In this document: positions 62,880-64,000 of the stretch, in pieces
Layout of the letters: every line of letters starts with the position of its first letter
How positions within the stretch are numbered: the first letter of the stretch is position 1
Assembly: GCA_013239625.1 (NCBI GenBank)
Contig: MU054212.1
Coordinates: forward strand, 3,481,041 to 3,545,040
DNA: 64,000 nt
DNA from: Lama guanicoe
Lineage: Eukaryota
Direction of reading: 5' to 3'
Made by a program: the position numbers and the translations under genes
The notes under the pieces: model-generated
What the model was told of the DNA's origin: nothing
The model's database searches: none
What the model saw: the letters and a program-made list of their open reading frames with translations, nothing else

Positions 62880-63995
62880 GAAGATAGGAATTTTATACGG
62901 TAGTGGAAAAAAGTATTTCACAGATGAATGAAGTCAGTATGAGCAGGGCTTTAAATGCTAGAAAGAGGAGATTTCACTATAAGCTACAGGCAATAGAGAA
63001 CTAGTAAAGATTTTCAAAGTAGTGACATCAAAGTATTTCTTTAAGATTACTCAGCCGGATGAGGCTGAAGGGAGGACAATATAGGTATCGCAACAAGTCA
63101 AGAGTCTAGTTCTAGCAGGAGAAGATAGTAGGTAGGAGCACTGGTCTCAGAGTTAGAGAAATCTGAGCTGTATTCCAGATGTGCCATTCACTGTTTGTGA
63201 GACCGGGGGTGAGTCTTTTTATTTCTTCAAGCATCAATGTTTTCATTTGCATAGATATAACTTATTAACTCAGTTAAGTTTTAAAAATTGAAGGATAGTT
63301 GATTTATGACGTTGTATTAGTTTCTGATATACAGTATAGTTATTCAGATATATTTATAGATATACACACACACACATATATTCTTTTTCATATTCTTTTT
63401 CACTGCAAATTATTACAAGCTACTGAATATAGTTCCCTGTGCTCTACAGTAGGACCTTGTTGTTTATCTATTCTGTGCATAGTAGTTTCTATCTGCCAAC
63501 CCCAAACTCCCAACTTATCCCTCTCTCCCCCTTTTCCTCCTGACTCTTCAATATTTTTGAGTCTACCCTTTTGCCAGTCTCTGTTCTAGAAGCTGAGTAA
63601 ACAGTTACACATGAAACACTCTAAAGAGTGACATTCAAGTCAAGAACTAGAAAGGGGCGGTGAGGTGGCTACAGATAGAAGATGAACATTTCATGAACAG
63701 TAAATGATTACTGTAAATGCCTTGAGGCAAGAATGAGTTGGGAATACTCAGGGAACTGAAAGGAGATCAGTATCTACTTGTGGGTAAGCAGGGGAGTGAC
63801 ATGAGGTGAGGACAGATTGCCAAGGCAAGGACCAAATGATGGATAGATTCATAAGCGAGGCTAAGAAGACTGGATATCTTTCAAAGGCAATGAGAAATGT
63901 ATAGAGAGTATTTCTGTAGATTACTATTGCTGAATAGAAAATGGATTGTGGTGGGGCATGGATTGGAGCTGGGAGACAAGTTACAGAGCTACTGC
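62880..63995 (-). mobile_element. L2 fragments, interrupted by a MIR (~63110-63270) and an L1 end
   Basis: gggctttaaatgctag...aggcaatagagaacta and gattactattgctgaatagaaaatggattgtgg...gctgggagac. Confidence 0.65.
63280..63540 (-). mobile_element. Cetartiodactyl-type L1 3' end
   Basis: attgaaggatagttgattta...gaatatagttccctgtgctctacagtaggaccttgttgtttatctatt. Confidence 0.9.
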
Positions 63996-64000
63996 AAAAT

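Overview
This is non-coding mammalian genomic DNA, probably from a camelid (tRNA-derived Vic-1-like SINE at ~47.9 kb, camelid/cetartiodactyl-type L1 3' ends). I found no intact protein-coding gene, RNA gene or CRISPR array. The listed ORFs are chance ORFs or transposon remnants. The window is dominated by L1, L2, MIR, MLT/ERV LTRs and DNA-transposon MITEs, with several repeat-free, motif-dense blocks that look like enhancers. The main finding is a heavily decayed but apparently near-complete Ty3/Gypsy retrotransposon fossil on the + strand at ~9.55-19.46 kb, of the MamGyp/PNMA-ancestor type. Its order is 5' LTR, PBS, PNMA-like gag, GGGAAAC slippery site, protease, RT, RNase H, integrase (in three pieces), 3' LTR, split by at least seven later insertions. 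All family names and protein comparisons are by eye against consensus sequences recalled from memory; no database was searched. Most boundaries are approximate.
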